Positions 24,405 to 36,856 of a DNA stretch of 64,000 nucleotides are shown here, piece by piece. The position numbers and the translations under genes are program-made. The stretch covers positions 97,590,001 to 97,654,000 of the forward strand of contig CM059431.1 of the NCBI GenBank assembly GCA_030390025.1, written 5' to 3'. The stretch comes from Squalus acanthias (lineage: Eukaryota). A model generated the notes under the pieces. The model did not search any database. It saw nothing but the letters and a program-made list of their open reading frames with translations, and was not told the DNA's origin. Position 1 is the first letter of the stretch. The number at the start of each line of letters is the position of its first letter.

Positions 24405-27400
24405 ATAAGAACATAAGCAGCAGGAGTAGGTCATTCGGCCCCTCAAGCCTGCTCTGCCATTCAATAAGATTGTGGCTGATCTGATCTTGGCCTCAACTCC
24501 ACTTTCCTGCCCGCTCCCCATAACCCTTGACTTCCTTACCTTTCAAAAATCTGTCTATCTCCACCTTAAATATATTCAATGACCCAGCCTCCACAGCTCT
24601 CAGGGGAAGGGAATGCCAAAGATTCACGACCCTCTGAGAGAAGAAATTCCTCCTCATTTCCGATTTAAAAGGGTGCCCCCTTATTCTGAAACTATGCCCC
24701 CTAGTTCTAGATTCCCCCACGAGGGGAAACATCCTCTCTGCATCCACCCTGTCAAGCCCCCTCAGAATCTTGTATGTTTCAATAAGATCCCCTCTCATTC
24801 TTCTAAACTCTAATGAGTATAGGCCCAACCTGCTCAACCTTTCTTCATAAGACAACCCTTCATCTCTGGAATCAATCTCGTGAACCTTCTCTGAACTGCC
24901 TCCAATGCAAGTATATCTTCCTTAAATAAGGAGACCAAAACTGTACACAGTACTCCAGGTGTGGTCTCACCAACACAGTTGTACAGTTGTAACAGGACTT
25001 CCCTACTTTTATACTCCATTCCCTTTGCAATAAAGGCCAACATTGCATTTGCCTTCCTAATTACTTGCTGTACCTGCATGCTAACTTTTTGTGATTCATG
25101 TACAAGGACCCCCAGATCCCTCTGTACCTCAGCATTTTGTAATCTCTCCCCATTTAAATAATAATTTGCATTTTTATTTTTCCTACCAAAGTGGATAACC
25201 TCGCATTTTCCCACATTAAACTCCATCTGCCAGATTTTTGCCCACTCACTTAGCCTATCTATATACCTTTGGAGATTCTTTGCATCCTCTACACAATTTG
25301 CTTTCCCACCTATCTTTGTATCATCAGCAAATTTGGCTACATTACACTCTGTCCCTTCATCCAAGTCATTAATATAGATTGTAAATAGTTGAGGCCCCAG
25401 CACTGATCCCTGCGGCACCCCACTAGTTACAGTTTGCAAACCTGAAAATTACCCATTTATCCCGACTCTCTGTTTTCTGTTAATTAGCCAATCCTCTGTC
25501 CATGCTAATATATTACGCCCAACCCCGTGAGCTCTTATCTTGTGTAGTAACCTTTTATGTGGCATCTTATCGAATGCCTTCTAGAAATCCAAATACACGA
25601 CATCTACTGGTTCCCCTTTATCCACCCTGCTCATTACATCCTCAAAGAATTCCAGCAAATTTGTCAAACATGATTTCCCTTTCATAAAACCATGCTGACT
25701 CTGCTTGACTATAGGGACTGCCTAAGAAGAAGAATATTATGATTTTCTAAATGTCCTGCTACCACTTCATTAATGATGGACTCCAGCATTTTCCCAATGA
25801 CAGATGTTAGGCTAACTGGTCAATAGTTTCCTGCTTTCTGTCTCCCTTCTTTCTTAAATAGGGGCGTTACATTTGCGGTTTTCCAGTCCGCTGGGACCTC
25901 TCCAGAATCCAGGGAATTTTGGTAGATTACAACCAATGCATCCACTATCTCTGCGGCCACCTCTTTTAAGATTCTAGGATGCAGGCCATCGGGTCCAGGG
26001 TCTTGTCCACCTTTAGTCCCATTAGTTTGCCTAGTACTTTCTCTCTAGTGACAGTGATTGTTTTAAGATCCCCCCCACCCCAATAACCCTTCGATTATAC
26101 ATTATTGGGATGCTTTTAGTGTCTTCTACCGTGAAGACCGATACAAAATATTTGTTCAAAGTCTCCATCATTTCCCTGTTTCCCATTATTAATTCCCCAG
26201 ACTCATCCTCTAGGGGACTAACGATAACTTTAGCTACTCTGTTCCTTTTTATATACCTGTAGAAGCTCTTACTGTCTGTTTTTATATTTCTTGCTAGCTT
26301 ACTCTCATGAGCTATCTTCTCTCTTTATCATTTTTTTAGTCGTCCTTTGCTGGTTTAAAAAAATTTCCCAATCCTCTGGCCTTCCACTATTCTTCGCAAC
26401 ATTGTATGCTTTTGTTTTCAATTTGATACCATCCTTTACTTCCTCAGTTAGCCACGAATGGTTTATCCTTCTCTTAGAGTCTTTCTTTCTCACTGGAATA
26501 TATCTTTGCTGAGAGTTATGAAATAGCTCCTTAAATGTTTGCCACTGCTTTTCTACAGTCTTACCCTGTAATATATTTTCCCAGTCCACTTTAACCAAGT
26601 CTGCCTTCATACCTTTGTAATTACCTTTGTTTAAGTTCAGGACACTAGTTTGAGACCTAGCTTTCTCACCCTCAAACTGAATTTGAAATTCTACCATGCT
26701 ATGATCACTCTTCCCAAGAGGATCCTTCACTTCGAGATCATTAATTAATCCAGCCTCGTTACACATTACCAGATCTAAAATAGTCTTCTCCCTGGTTGGT
26801 TCCACAACATATTGTTCCAAGAAACCATCCCGTTAACACTAAGAACTCTTCCTCAAGTCTACCTTTGCCAATTTGCTTTGTCCAATCAATATGAAGATTA
26901 AAATCTCCCATGATTATAGCCGTACCTTTCTTACAAGCCTCTATTATTTCTTGATTTATACTCTGTCCTACAGTGTGGCTACTGTTTGGGAGCCTGTAGA
27001 CCACTCCCACCAGTGACTTCTTACCCTATTATTTCTTATCTCCACCCAAACTGATTCTACGTCTTGATCTTCTAGGCCAGTATCGTTTCTCATTACTGCA
27101 CTGATCTCATCCCTTATTAACAGAGCTACACCACCTCCTTTTCCTTTCTACCTATCCTTACAAAATGGCAAATAGCCCTGAATATTCAGTTCCCAGCCTT
27201 GTTCACCTTGTAACCACATCTCTGTAATGGCTATCAAATCATACCCATTTATTTCTATTTGTGCTGTCAACTCATCTATCTTGTTACGAATGCTGCGTGC
27301 GGTCAGATATAGAGCTTTTAATGTTGTCTTTTTACCATTTTTCCCTACTCTGACCCCTCTTTCTGATGCACACTTATGTGTATACGTTCTGTCCCTTCCT

Positions 27401-30400
27401 GTCACACGCTGGTTATCATTACCCCTATCGCTACCCTGCACTTTTCTCATTTCTCATTTTTCATTGACTTTTTAAATTTCTGCTCAGCGGATCCCTCCCC
27501 CCCACTATTTAGTTTAAAGCCCTAGTTATTCGATTCGCCAGGACACTGGTCCCAGCCTGGTTCAAATGAAGCCCGTCCCGACGGAACAGCTCCCTCTTAT
27601 CCCAGTACTGGTGCCAGTGCCCCAGGAATCGAAACCCATTTCTCCCACACCAATCTTAGAGCCACTCATTCATCTCTCTGACCAATTTGCACGTGGCTCA
27701 GGTAATAATCCAGAGATTATTACCTTTGTGGTTCTGCTTTTTAATTTAGCCCCTAGCTGCTCATACTCCCTCAGCAGAACCTCTTTCTTTGTCCTACCTA
27801 TGTCGTTGGTACCTACATGGACCACGACAACTGGATCCTCCCCCTCCCACTCTAAGTTCCTCTCCAGCCCAGAGGAGATGTCCTTTACCCTGGCAACACA
27901 GCCTTCGTGACTCACACTCTTGGCTGCAGAGAACAGTGTCTATCCCCCTAACTATACTGTCCCCTACCACAATCACATTTCTTTTTGCTCCCCCCACTTG
28001 AATGGCTCCCTGTACCACGGTGCTGTGGTCAGTTTGCGCATCCTCCCTGCAGTCCCTGCTCTCGTCCACACAGGGAGTAAGAACCTCGTAACTGTTGGAC
28101 AAGAGCAAGGGCTGAGGCTCCTCCAACACTACCTCCTGGGTCCCCATACCTGCCTCGCTCATAGTCACACCCACCTGTCCCTGACCACGGACCAAATTTG
28201 AATTAATTAATCTAAGGGGTGTGACAGCCTCCTGGAGCACAGCGTCCAGGTAACTCTCCCCCTCCCTGATGTGTCGCAGTGTTTGAAGCTCGGACTCCAG
28301 CTCATCAACACGGAGCCGAAGTTCCTCGAGCAACCAACACTTACTGCAAATGTGGTCGCTGTGGACCTCAATGGTGTCCACCAGCTCCCACATGTTGCAG
28401 CAGTAACACATAGCCTGCCCTGCCATCTCTAATGTATTTAATTAATTAAGTGTTTAAGTTTTGAATGTTTAGTTTTTAATCCCGGCTCTTAATTTAAACC
28501 AATGCCCAAGAAAACAGAGAAATACTGACCAACCAATCACTTCCCTGCTTTCCTGTGATGTCACTCCTTTGTTGTCAGGTCCGCTGCCTCTGCTCTCGGG
28601 CCTTCCTCTGCCGCGCTGTTTATTTGCTCCGCCTCCGCTCCCGATCCCGCTCAGGTCCGCTGCCTCTGCCTTTTCCCTGTGATGTCACCTTTTATTTTTC
28701 TCCGAATGTGGTTGGGGGGTTTCACAGAGCCGAACTCCCGCTGGTTCTCTGTCCCCTCTCGTGCAGATTTTTAACTCCTGCTCTCCTGGACGCTGACAAA
28801 GATAGAAAAAGAAGAAAGGAGCACTTCCCTCCCCTCCTCACCGAACTCCCTTACTCACCAAACTCGCTTACTCACCAAACTCCCTTACTCACCAAACTCC
28901 CTTACTCACCAATCTCCCTTACTCACCAAACTCACTTACTCACCAAACTCCCTTACTCACCAAACTCCCTTACTCACCAAACTCACTTACTCACCAAACT
29001 CCCTTACTCACCAAACTCGCTTACTCACCAAACTCCCTTACTCACCAAACTCCCTTACTCAATATACTCGCTTACTCACCAAACTCCCTTACTCACCAAA
29101 CTCCCTTACTCACCAAACTCGCTTATTCACCAAACTCCCTTACTCACCAAACTGCCTTACTCATCAAACTCCCTTACTCACCAAACTCCATTACTCACCA
29201 AACTCCCTTACTCACCAAACTCCCTTACTCACCAAACTGCCTTACTCACCAAACTCCCTTACTCACCAAACTCCCTTACTCAATATACTCGCTTACTCAC
29301 CAAACTCCCTGACTCACCAAACTCGCTTACTCACCAAACTCGCTTACTCACCAAACTCCCTTACTCACCAAACTCCCTTACTCACCAAACTGCCTTACTC
29401 ATCAAACTCCCTTACTCACCAAACTCCGTTACTCACCAAACTCCCTTACTCACCAAACTGCCTTACTCACCAAACTCCCTTACTCACCAAACTCCCTTAC
29501 TCACCAAACTCCCTTACTCACCAAACTCACTTACTCACCAAACTCCCTTACTCACCAAACTCCCTTACTCACCAAACTCGCTTACTCACCACATCAAACT
29601 CCCTTACTCACCAAACTCCGTTACTCACCAAACTCCCTTACTCACCAAACTGCCTTACTCACCAAACTCCCTTACTCAATATACTCGCTTACTCACCAAA
29701 CTCCCTGACTCACCAAACTCCCTTACTCACCAAACTCACTTACTCACCAAACTCCCTTACTCACCAAACTCCCTTACTCACCAAACTCGCTTACTCACCA
29801 AACTCCCTTACTCACCAAACTCCCTTACTCACCAAACTCCCTTACTCACCAAACTCCCTTACTCACCAAACTCCCTTACTCAATATACTCGCTTACTCAC
29901 CAAAGTCCCTGACTCACCAAACTCCCTGACTCACCAAACTCCCTTACTCACCAAACTCCCTTACTCACCAAACTCGCTTACTCACCAAACTCCCTTACTC
30001 ACCAAACTCCCTTACTCACCAAACTCGCTTACTCACCAAACTCCCTTACTCACCAAACTCACTTACTCACCAAACTCCCTTACTCACCAAACTCCCTTAC
30101 TCACCAAACTTCCTTACTCACCAAACTCCCTTACTCACCAAACTTCCTTACTCACCAAACTCCCTTACTCACCAAACTCCCTTACTCAATATACTCGCTT
30201 ACTCACCAAACTCCCTTACTCACCAAACTCCCTTACTCACCAAACTCCCTTACTCACCAAACTCGCTTACTCACCAAACGCGCTTACTCACCAAACTCCC
30301 TTACTCACCAAACTGCCTTACTCATCAAACTCCCTTACTCACCAAACTCCGTTACTCACCAAACTCCCTTACTCACCAAACTCCCTTACTCACCAAACTG

Positions 30401-31840
30401 CCTTACTCACCAAACTCCCTTACTCACCAAACTCCCTTACTCAATATACTCGCTTACTCACCAAACTCCCTGACTCACCAAACTCGCTTACTCACCAAAC
30501 TCGCTTACTCACCAAACTCCCTTACTCACCAAACTGCCTTACTCACCAAACTCGCTTACTCACCAAACGCGCTTACTCACCAAACTGCCTTACTCATCAA
30601 ACTGCCTTACTCACCAAACTCCGTTACTCACCAAACTCCCTTACTCACCAAACTCCCTTACTCACCAAACTCACTTACTCACCAAACGCGCTTACTCACC
30701 AAACTCCCTTACTCACCAAACTGCCTTACTCATCAAACTGCCTTACTCATCAAACTCCCTTACTCACCAAACTCCGTTACTCGCCAAACTCCCTTACTCA
30801 CCAAACTCCCTTACTCACCAAACTGCCTTACTCACCAAACTCCCTTACTCACCAAACTCCCTTACTCAATATACTCGCTTACTCACCAAACTCCCTGACT
30901 CACCAAACTCGCTTACTCACCAAACTCGCTTACTCACCAAACTCCCTTACTCACCAAACTGCCTTACTCATCAAACTCCCTTACTCACCAAACTCCCTTA
31001 CTCACCAAACTCCCTTACTCACCAAACTCCCTTACTCACCAAACTCCCTTACTCACCAAACTGCCTTACTCACCAAACTCCCTTACTCACCAAACTCCCT
31101 TACTCAATATACTCGCTTACTCACCAAACTCCCTGACTCACCAAACTCCCTGACTCACCAAACTCCCTTACTCACCAAACTCACTTACTCACCAAACTCC
31201 CTTACTCACCAAACTCACTTACTCACCAAACTCACTTACTCACCAATGTCCCTTACTCACCAAACTCCCTTACTCACCAAACTCCCTTACTCACCAAACT
31301 CCCTTACTCACCAAACTCCCTTACTCAATATACTCGCTTACTCACCAAACTCCCTGACTCACCAAACTCCCTGACTCACCAAACTCCCTTACTCACCAAA
31401 CTCCCTTACTCACCAAACTCCCTTACTCACCAAACTCGCTTACTCACCAAACTCCCTTACTCACCAAACTTCCTTACTCACCAAACTCCCTTACTCATCA
31501 AACTCGCACGTTTACACTCTGTTCCAAGCTGCACTCCGTGACAAACTGCACACTAGCCTTCCTTATTTATATTACTGAGATTTATGAGTCACCTCTCTGG
31601 CAGTTGCAGATCCAGACCAGTTAGACCAGTTAATTAACTAGCTCCACCTACTCTCCATCACAGAGCTTGCTTTGCCCTGCCCAAGCCTGGAAGAAACTTA
31701 AAATTTAAAACCAGTAAATTTAAGTTAAATGCTAATTGCAAGCACACAAGACTAGATTTTATATAGAAAAAGAGAGATTAGCCCTTAAGATTCACTCCCT
31801 TACTCACCAAACTCGCACGTTTACACTCTGTTCCAAACTG
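24405..31840 (-). mobile_element. Near full-length CR1 LINE: 5' region with satellite, ORF1 (Cys-rich N-terminus, coiled coil, SGNH esterase), ORF2 (APE + RT), 3' tail; disrupted
   Basis: ORF1 starts at 28426 (CYCC...CSKC, LRLRVDELESEL, VVGDSIVRG, VHVGTND). ORF2 fragments run 27450 to 24493. Tail cataagaacataag at 24404. The outer boundary is inferred from the interrupted flanking minisatellite and the CAGTC duplication. Confidence 0.85.
28836..31505. repeat. 17-bp tandem array (ctcccttactcaccaaa) x ~157
   Basis: Directly visible; the 51-nt (3-unit) periodicity gives the spurious 939-aa ORF. Confidence 0.97.
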
Positions 31841-33080
31841 CAGTCCGGGATTCGGTGGCTCCAGTCCGGGATTCAGGGTTCCAGTCCGAGATTCAGGGGG
31901 CTCCGGTCCAAATTCTGTGATCTAGTCCGGGATTCAGGGGGCTCCAGTCCGGGATTCACTGCGGCTCCAGTCCGGGATTCAGTGCGGCTCCAGTCCAGGA
32001 TTCAGGGGGCTGCAGTCTGGGATTCAGGGGCTCCAGTCCGGGATTCAGTGCGGCTCCAGTCTGGGTTTTGAGGCAGCTCCAGTCAGAGATTCAAGGGCTC
32101 CAGTCTGGGATTCAGGGGCTCCAGTCCGGGATTCAGGGGGCTCCAGTCAGGGATTTGAGGCGGCTCGAGTCTGGGATTCAGGGGCTCCAGTCCGGGATTC
32201 AGGGGGCTCCATCCGGGATTCAGGGTCTCCTGTCCAGGTTTCAGGGTGCTTCAGTCCGGGATTCAGGGGCTCCAGTCCGGTTTTCAGGGGGCTCCATCCG
32301 GGATTCAGGGGGCTCCAGTCTGGGATTCAGGGGGCTCCAGTCTGGGATTCAGGTGCTCCAGTCTGGGATTCAGGGGGCTCCAGTCTGGGATTCAGGGGCT
32401 CCAGTCCGGGATTCAGGTGCTCCAGTCTGGGATTCAGGGGGCTCCAGTCTGGGATTCAGGGGCTCCAGTCTGGGATTCAGGTGCTCCAGTCTGGGATTCA
32501 GGTGCTCCAGTCTGGGTTTCAGGGGGCTCCAGTCCGGGATTCAGGTGCTCCAGTCTGGGATTCAGGTGCTCCAGTCTGGGATTCAGGTGCTCCAGTCTGG
32601 GATTCAGGTGCTCCAGTCTGGGATTCATGTGCTCCAGTCAGGGATTTGAGGCGGCTCCAGTCTGGGATTCAGGGGCTCCAGTCCGGGTTTCAGGGGGCTC
32701 CAGTCCGGGATTCAGGTGCTCCAGTCTGGGATTCAGGAGCTCCAGTCTGGGATTCAGAGGCTCCAGTCCGGGTTTCAGGGGGCTCCAGTCTGGGATTCAG
32801 GGGCTCCAGTCCGGGATTCAGGGGGCTTCAGTCCGGGATTCAGGGGGCTCCAGTCCGGATTTTGAGACGGCTCCAGTCTGGGATTCAGGGGCTCCAGTCC
32901 AGGTTTTGAGGGGGGCTCCAGTCCGGGATTCAGGGGGCTCCAGTCTGGGATTCAGGGGCTCCAGTCCGGATTTTGAGATGGCTCCAGTCTGGGATTCAGG
33001 GGCTCCAGTCCAGGTTTTGAGGGGGCTCCAGTCCGGGATTCGGGGTCTAGTCCGGGATTGAGGGGATCCAGTCCGGGTTT
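31841..33080. repeat. 20-21-bp minisatellite (ggctccagtcYgggattcagg[g]) abutting the ANKRD10 CpG island
   Basis: Directly visible, roughly 60 units. Confidence 0.95.
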
Positions 33081-33084
33081 TGCC

Positions 33085-33560
<476 letters not shown>

Positions 33561-34837
33561 GCGAGGTAAGGAAAGCAGCGGCAGAGAAATTATTAGAAAT
33601 TAATATAACAAAATATATATACACTTATTATAAATTAATATATAGCAGCTGCAAATACAATTATTATAAATATTTAGAAGCTGTATATACATTTATTATA
33701 TAAATATATAGAATCTATATATAAATTTATTTTAAATATATATAGAAGCTGTAAATAAATTGATTATAAATATACAGAATCTGTATATAAATTTATTGTA
33801 AATAAATATCTAATGTATATAAATAATTTATTAAACATAAATATGACTAATATATACAAAATATTACATTTCTGTAAATTAGCTAATATATAAATATGTA
33901 TAATTAATATATATAAATTAGTTACTATGTATAAATAGTATATAAAATATATCCAACAAATAACATGCACTACAATATATTAAAGTTGTATGTCTGCGCA
34001 CTTCTTGTCCACTTTCCCTATTGTAAGTTGCTTTGCCCATGTTTACCTTCCTATGTAAATGTCACGCTGTAGTTACACTCTCCTGCCAGCGGGGGCACCG
34101 CAGCGCCACCACCGCGGGCGGAGTGCGACAACCAAGCGACACGTCTCCCTTGCAAACGTGGGCATTGGAGTTAATAGTGGAAATCTATAAAATTAAGGAC
34201 AGAAGGTATGGTTTTAAAATGGGGTCTGAATTGTTGGCTGCATTCAACCGATCCAATTCTTTCCCGCCCTCCAACCCTGCTTCACCTGAACACTATCATT
34301 GACTGCAACTAGGTTTTTATATCTCGGGAGTGGGGTACATTAAATATACTTACAATATATATTAGCCCACTGAAAGGCTGGTGCAATTACAGTGTGACAA
34401 ATTTCTATTAAAAATCTGAACATAGGAAGTTATTATCATGGACAAGTTGCAAGGAAGTGTCTGCATATGCAAGGTTTTTAAAATATATTACATTAATATA
34501 TTTATATATAGGACCGGACCTGCTCTGTGTAAATATTGTGAATAGATCAATATAAAATGTACATTTTATTTATATATATATATATATATATAAAATAAGT
34601 AAAGAGCATCTGAGGGAGTGAGGTTCAATAATCCTGGCATTATCTTAATGCAATCTGTGCTACTATAAATTATATATAAATAATATAAAAGTTGTACAAT
34701 CAATATGTTATGAATATATGTAGGAATAAAAATGAGTACTAACTAGTAGATATAAAAATGTAGACGTAAATTAGATTTATGTAAATACAATTAAATCTAT
34801 ATTAAAAGTCTTGCATCTGCATACATTTTCTGGTAAC

Positions 34838-35040
34838 TTTTCTATTATCGACTCCTATGTGCACATTTATAATCGAAGCTTCCTGTGTAAACTTGTCACG
34901 CTGTAATTACACCCTCCTGTCAGGGGAGGCGCTGCAGCGCCATCATTAGCAGGCGGGTGTAATTACAGCGTGACAAGTTTATATAGGAAATTTCCAATAT
35001 AAATGTGGACTTAGGAATTTAGAATTCAAATATAGAAATA
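34838..35040. mobile_element. Foldback/palindromic element (MITE-like); related copies at ~33990-34210 and ~34376-34475
   Basis: Arms aaacttgtcacgctgtaattacaccc / gggtgtaattacagcgtgacaagttt are perfectly complementary, with looser pairing further out. Confidence 0.7.
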
Positions 35041-35619
35041 AAGACATAATGTCCAACTTTATAAACTGGGACTGACCCCCTCTCTCTCTCCCCCCCCCCC
35101 CCCCCCCCCAAACCCCGGTGCAGTTACCCTGCCCCCCGACCTCAAACCCACTGCACCAAAAGACTGCACATGGTCTTGCCTTCCCCATGTACAATACTAC
35201 GGAGATCGACGAGCATATCTTAACATACGCCTAAATATATAAATTTATATTAATATCTAAGATATAGATAAAGGAAAAAAGTTAACCATCTGAAATAATC
35301 CAACCAATCATTAGCATCGAATTGCCAAATTATTTGACAGAACATTCAACACCCTCTTTTTTAGAAAAAAACCAAAGTCCTTAGATATATTGTAGAAACT
35401 GGAAGAAACATCTTTTTATATAAAAACTGAATTTACTTCAGTTATTTTTGATTAATTTGGCTGCTCCCATCAGTTAATCCCAGTGCTGTCGGTTTCCCCA
35501 TCCAAGACAATGAGTTCCTGTTACTGCCCTCCTCACAACACGGCTATTGGCTCTTGTCTAACGGGCATCTAATCTGTTGGCCAGTGTTGGCACTGAGTCA
35601 TCACCAGCAATCAGGATAC

Positions 35620-36856
35620 TCAGCCATCTCCAGGGATCAGGACACTGGGCAAACTGCAATCACCAGGGATCAGGACACGGGGAAAACTGCAATCATCAGG
35701 GCACTGGGCAAACTGCAATCACCAGGGATCAGGACACTGGGCAAACTGCAATCACCAGGGATCAGGACACTGGGCAAACTGCAATCACCAGGGATCAGGA
35801 CACTGGGCAAACTGCAATCACCAGGGATCAGGACACTGAGCAAACTGCAATCACCAGGGATCAGGACACTGAGCAAACTGCAATCACCAGGGATCAGGAC
35901 ACTGGCAAACTGCAATCACCAGGGATCAGGGCACTGGGTAAACTGCAATCACCAGGGATCAGGGCACTGGGCAAACTGCAATCACCAGGGATCAGGGCAC
36001 TGAGCAAACTGCAATCACCAGGGATCAGGGCACTGGGCAAACTGCAATCACCAGGGATCAGGACACTGAGCAAACTGCAATCACCAGGGATCAGGGCACT
36101 GGGCAAACTGCAATCACCAGGGATCAGGACACTGGGCAAACTGCAATCACCAGGGATCAGGACACTGGGAAAACTGCAATCACCAGGGATCAGGACACTG
36201 GGCAAAAAGCAATCACCAGGGATCAGGGCACTGGGCAAAAAGCAATCACCAGGGATCAGGGCACTGGGCAAAAAGCAATCACCAGGGATCAGGACACTGG
36301 GCAAACTGCAATCACCAGGGATCAGGACACTGGGCAAACTGCAATCACCAGGGATCAGGATACTGGGCAAACTGCAATCACCAGGGATCAGGGCACTGGG
36401 CAAAAAGCAATCACCAGGGATCAGGACACTGGGCAAACTGCAATCACCAGGGATCAGGACACTGGGCAAACTGCTATCACCAGGGATCAGGGCACTGAGC
36501 AAACTGCAATCACCAGGGATCAGGACACTGGGCAAAAAGCAATCACCAGGGATCAGGGCACTGGGCAAAAAGCAATCACCAGGGATCAGGGCACTGGGCA
36601 AAAAGCAATCACCAGGGATCAGGACACTGGGCAAACTGCAATCACCAGGGATCAGGGCACTGGGCAAAAAGCAATCACCAGGGATCAGGACACTGGGCAA
36701 ACTGCAATCACCAGGGATCAGGGCACTGGGCAAACTGCAATCACCAGGGATCAGGACACTGGGCAAACTGCAATCACCAGGGATCAGGGCACTGAGCAAA
36801 CTGCAATCACCAGGGATCAGGACACTGGGCAAACTGCAATCAGCAGGGATCAGGGA
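35620..36856. repeat. 33-bp minisatellite (gggatcaggacactgggcaaactgcaatcacca) x ~37
   Basis: Directly visible. Confidence 0.97.

Noticed and set aside
27794..28426. 210-aa Cys-rich/coiled-coil ORF as a novel host gene
   Set aside because: It is CR1 ORF1 (GDS and GTND esterase motifs), directly upstream of ORF2 remnants.
28555..31374. 939-aa ORF
   Set aside because: Translation of a stop-free frame of the 17-bp satellite; no domain content.
34085..34955. CTCF sites at the centres of the foldback elements (and at ~15660)
   Set aside because: Only the GGCGCT-like half matches; the CCASYAG half fits poorly by eye. A PWM scan or ChIP is needed.
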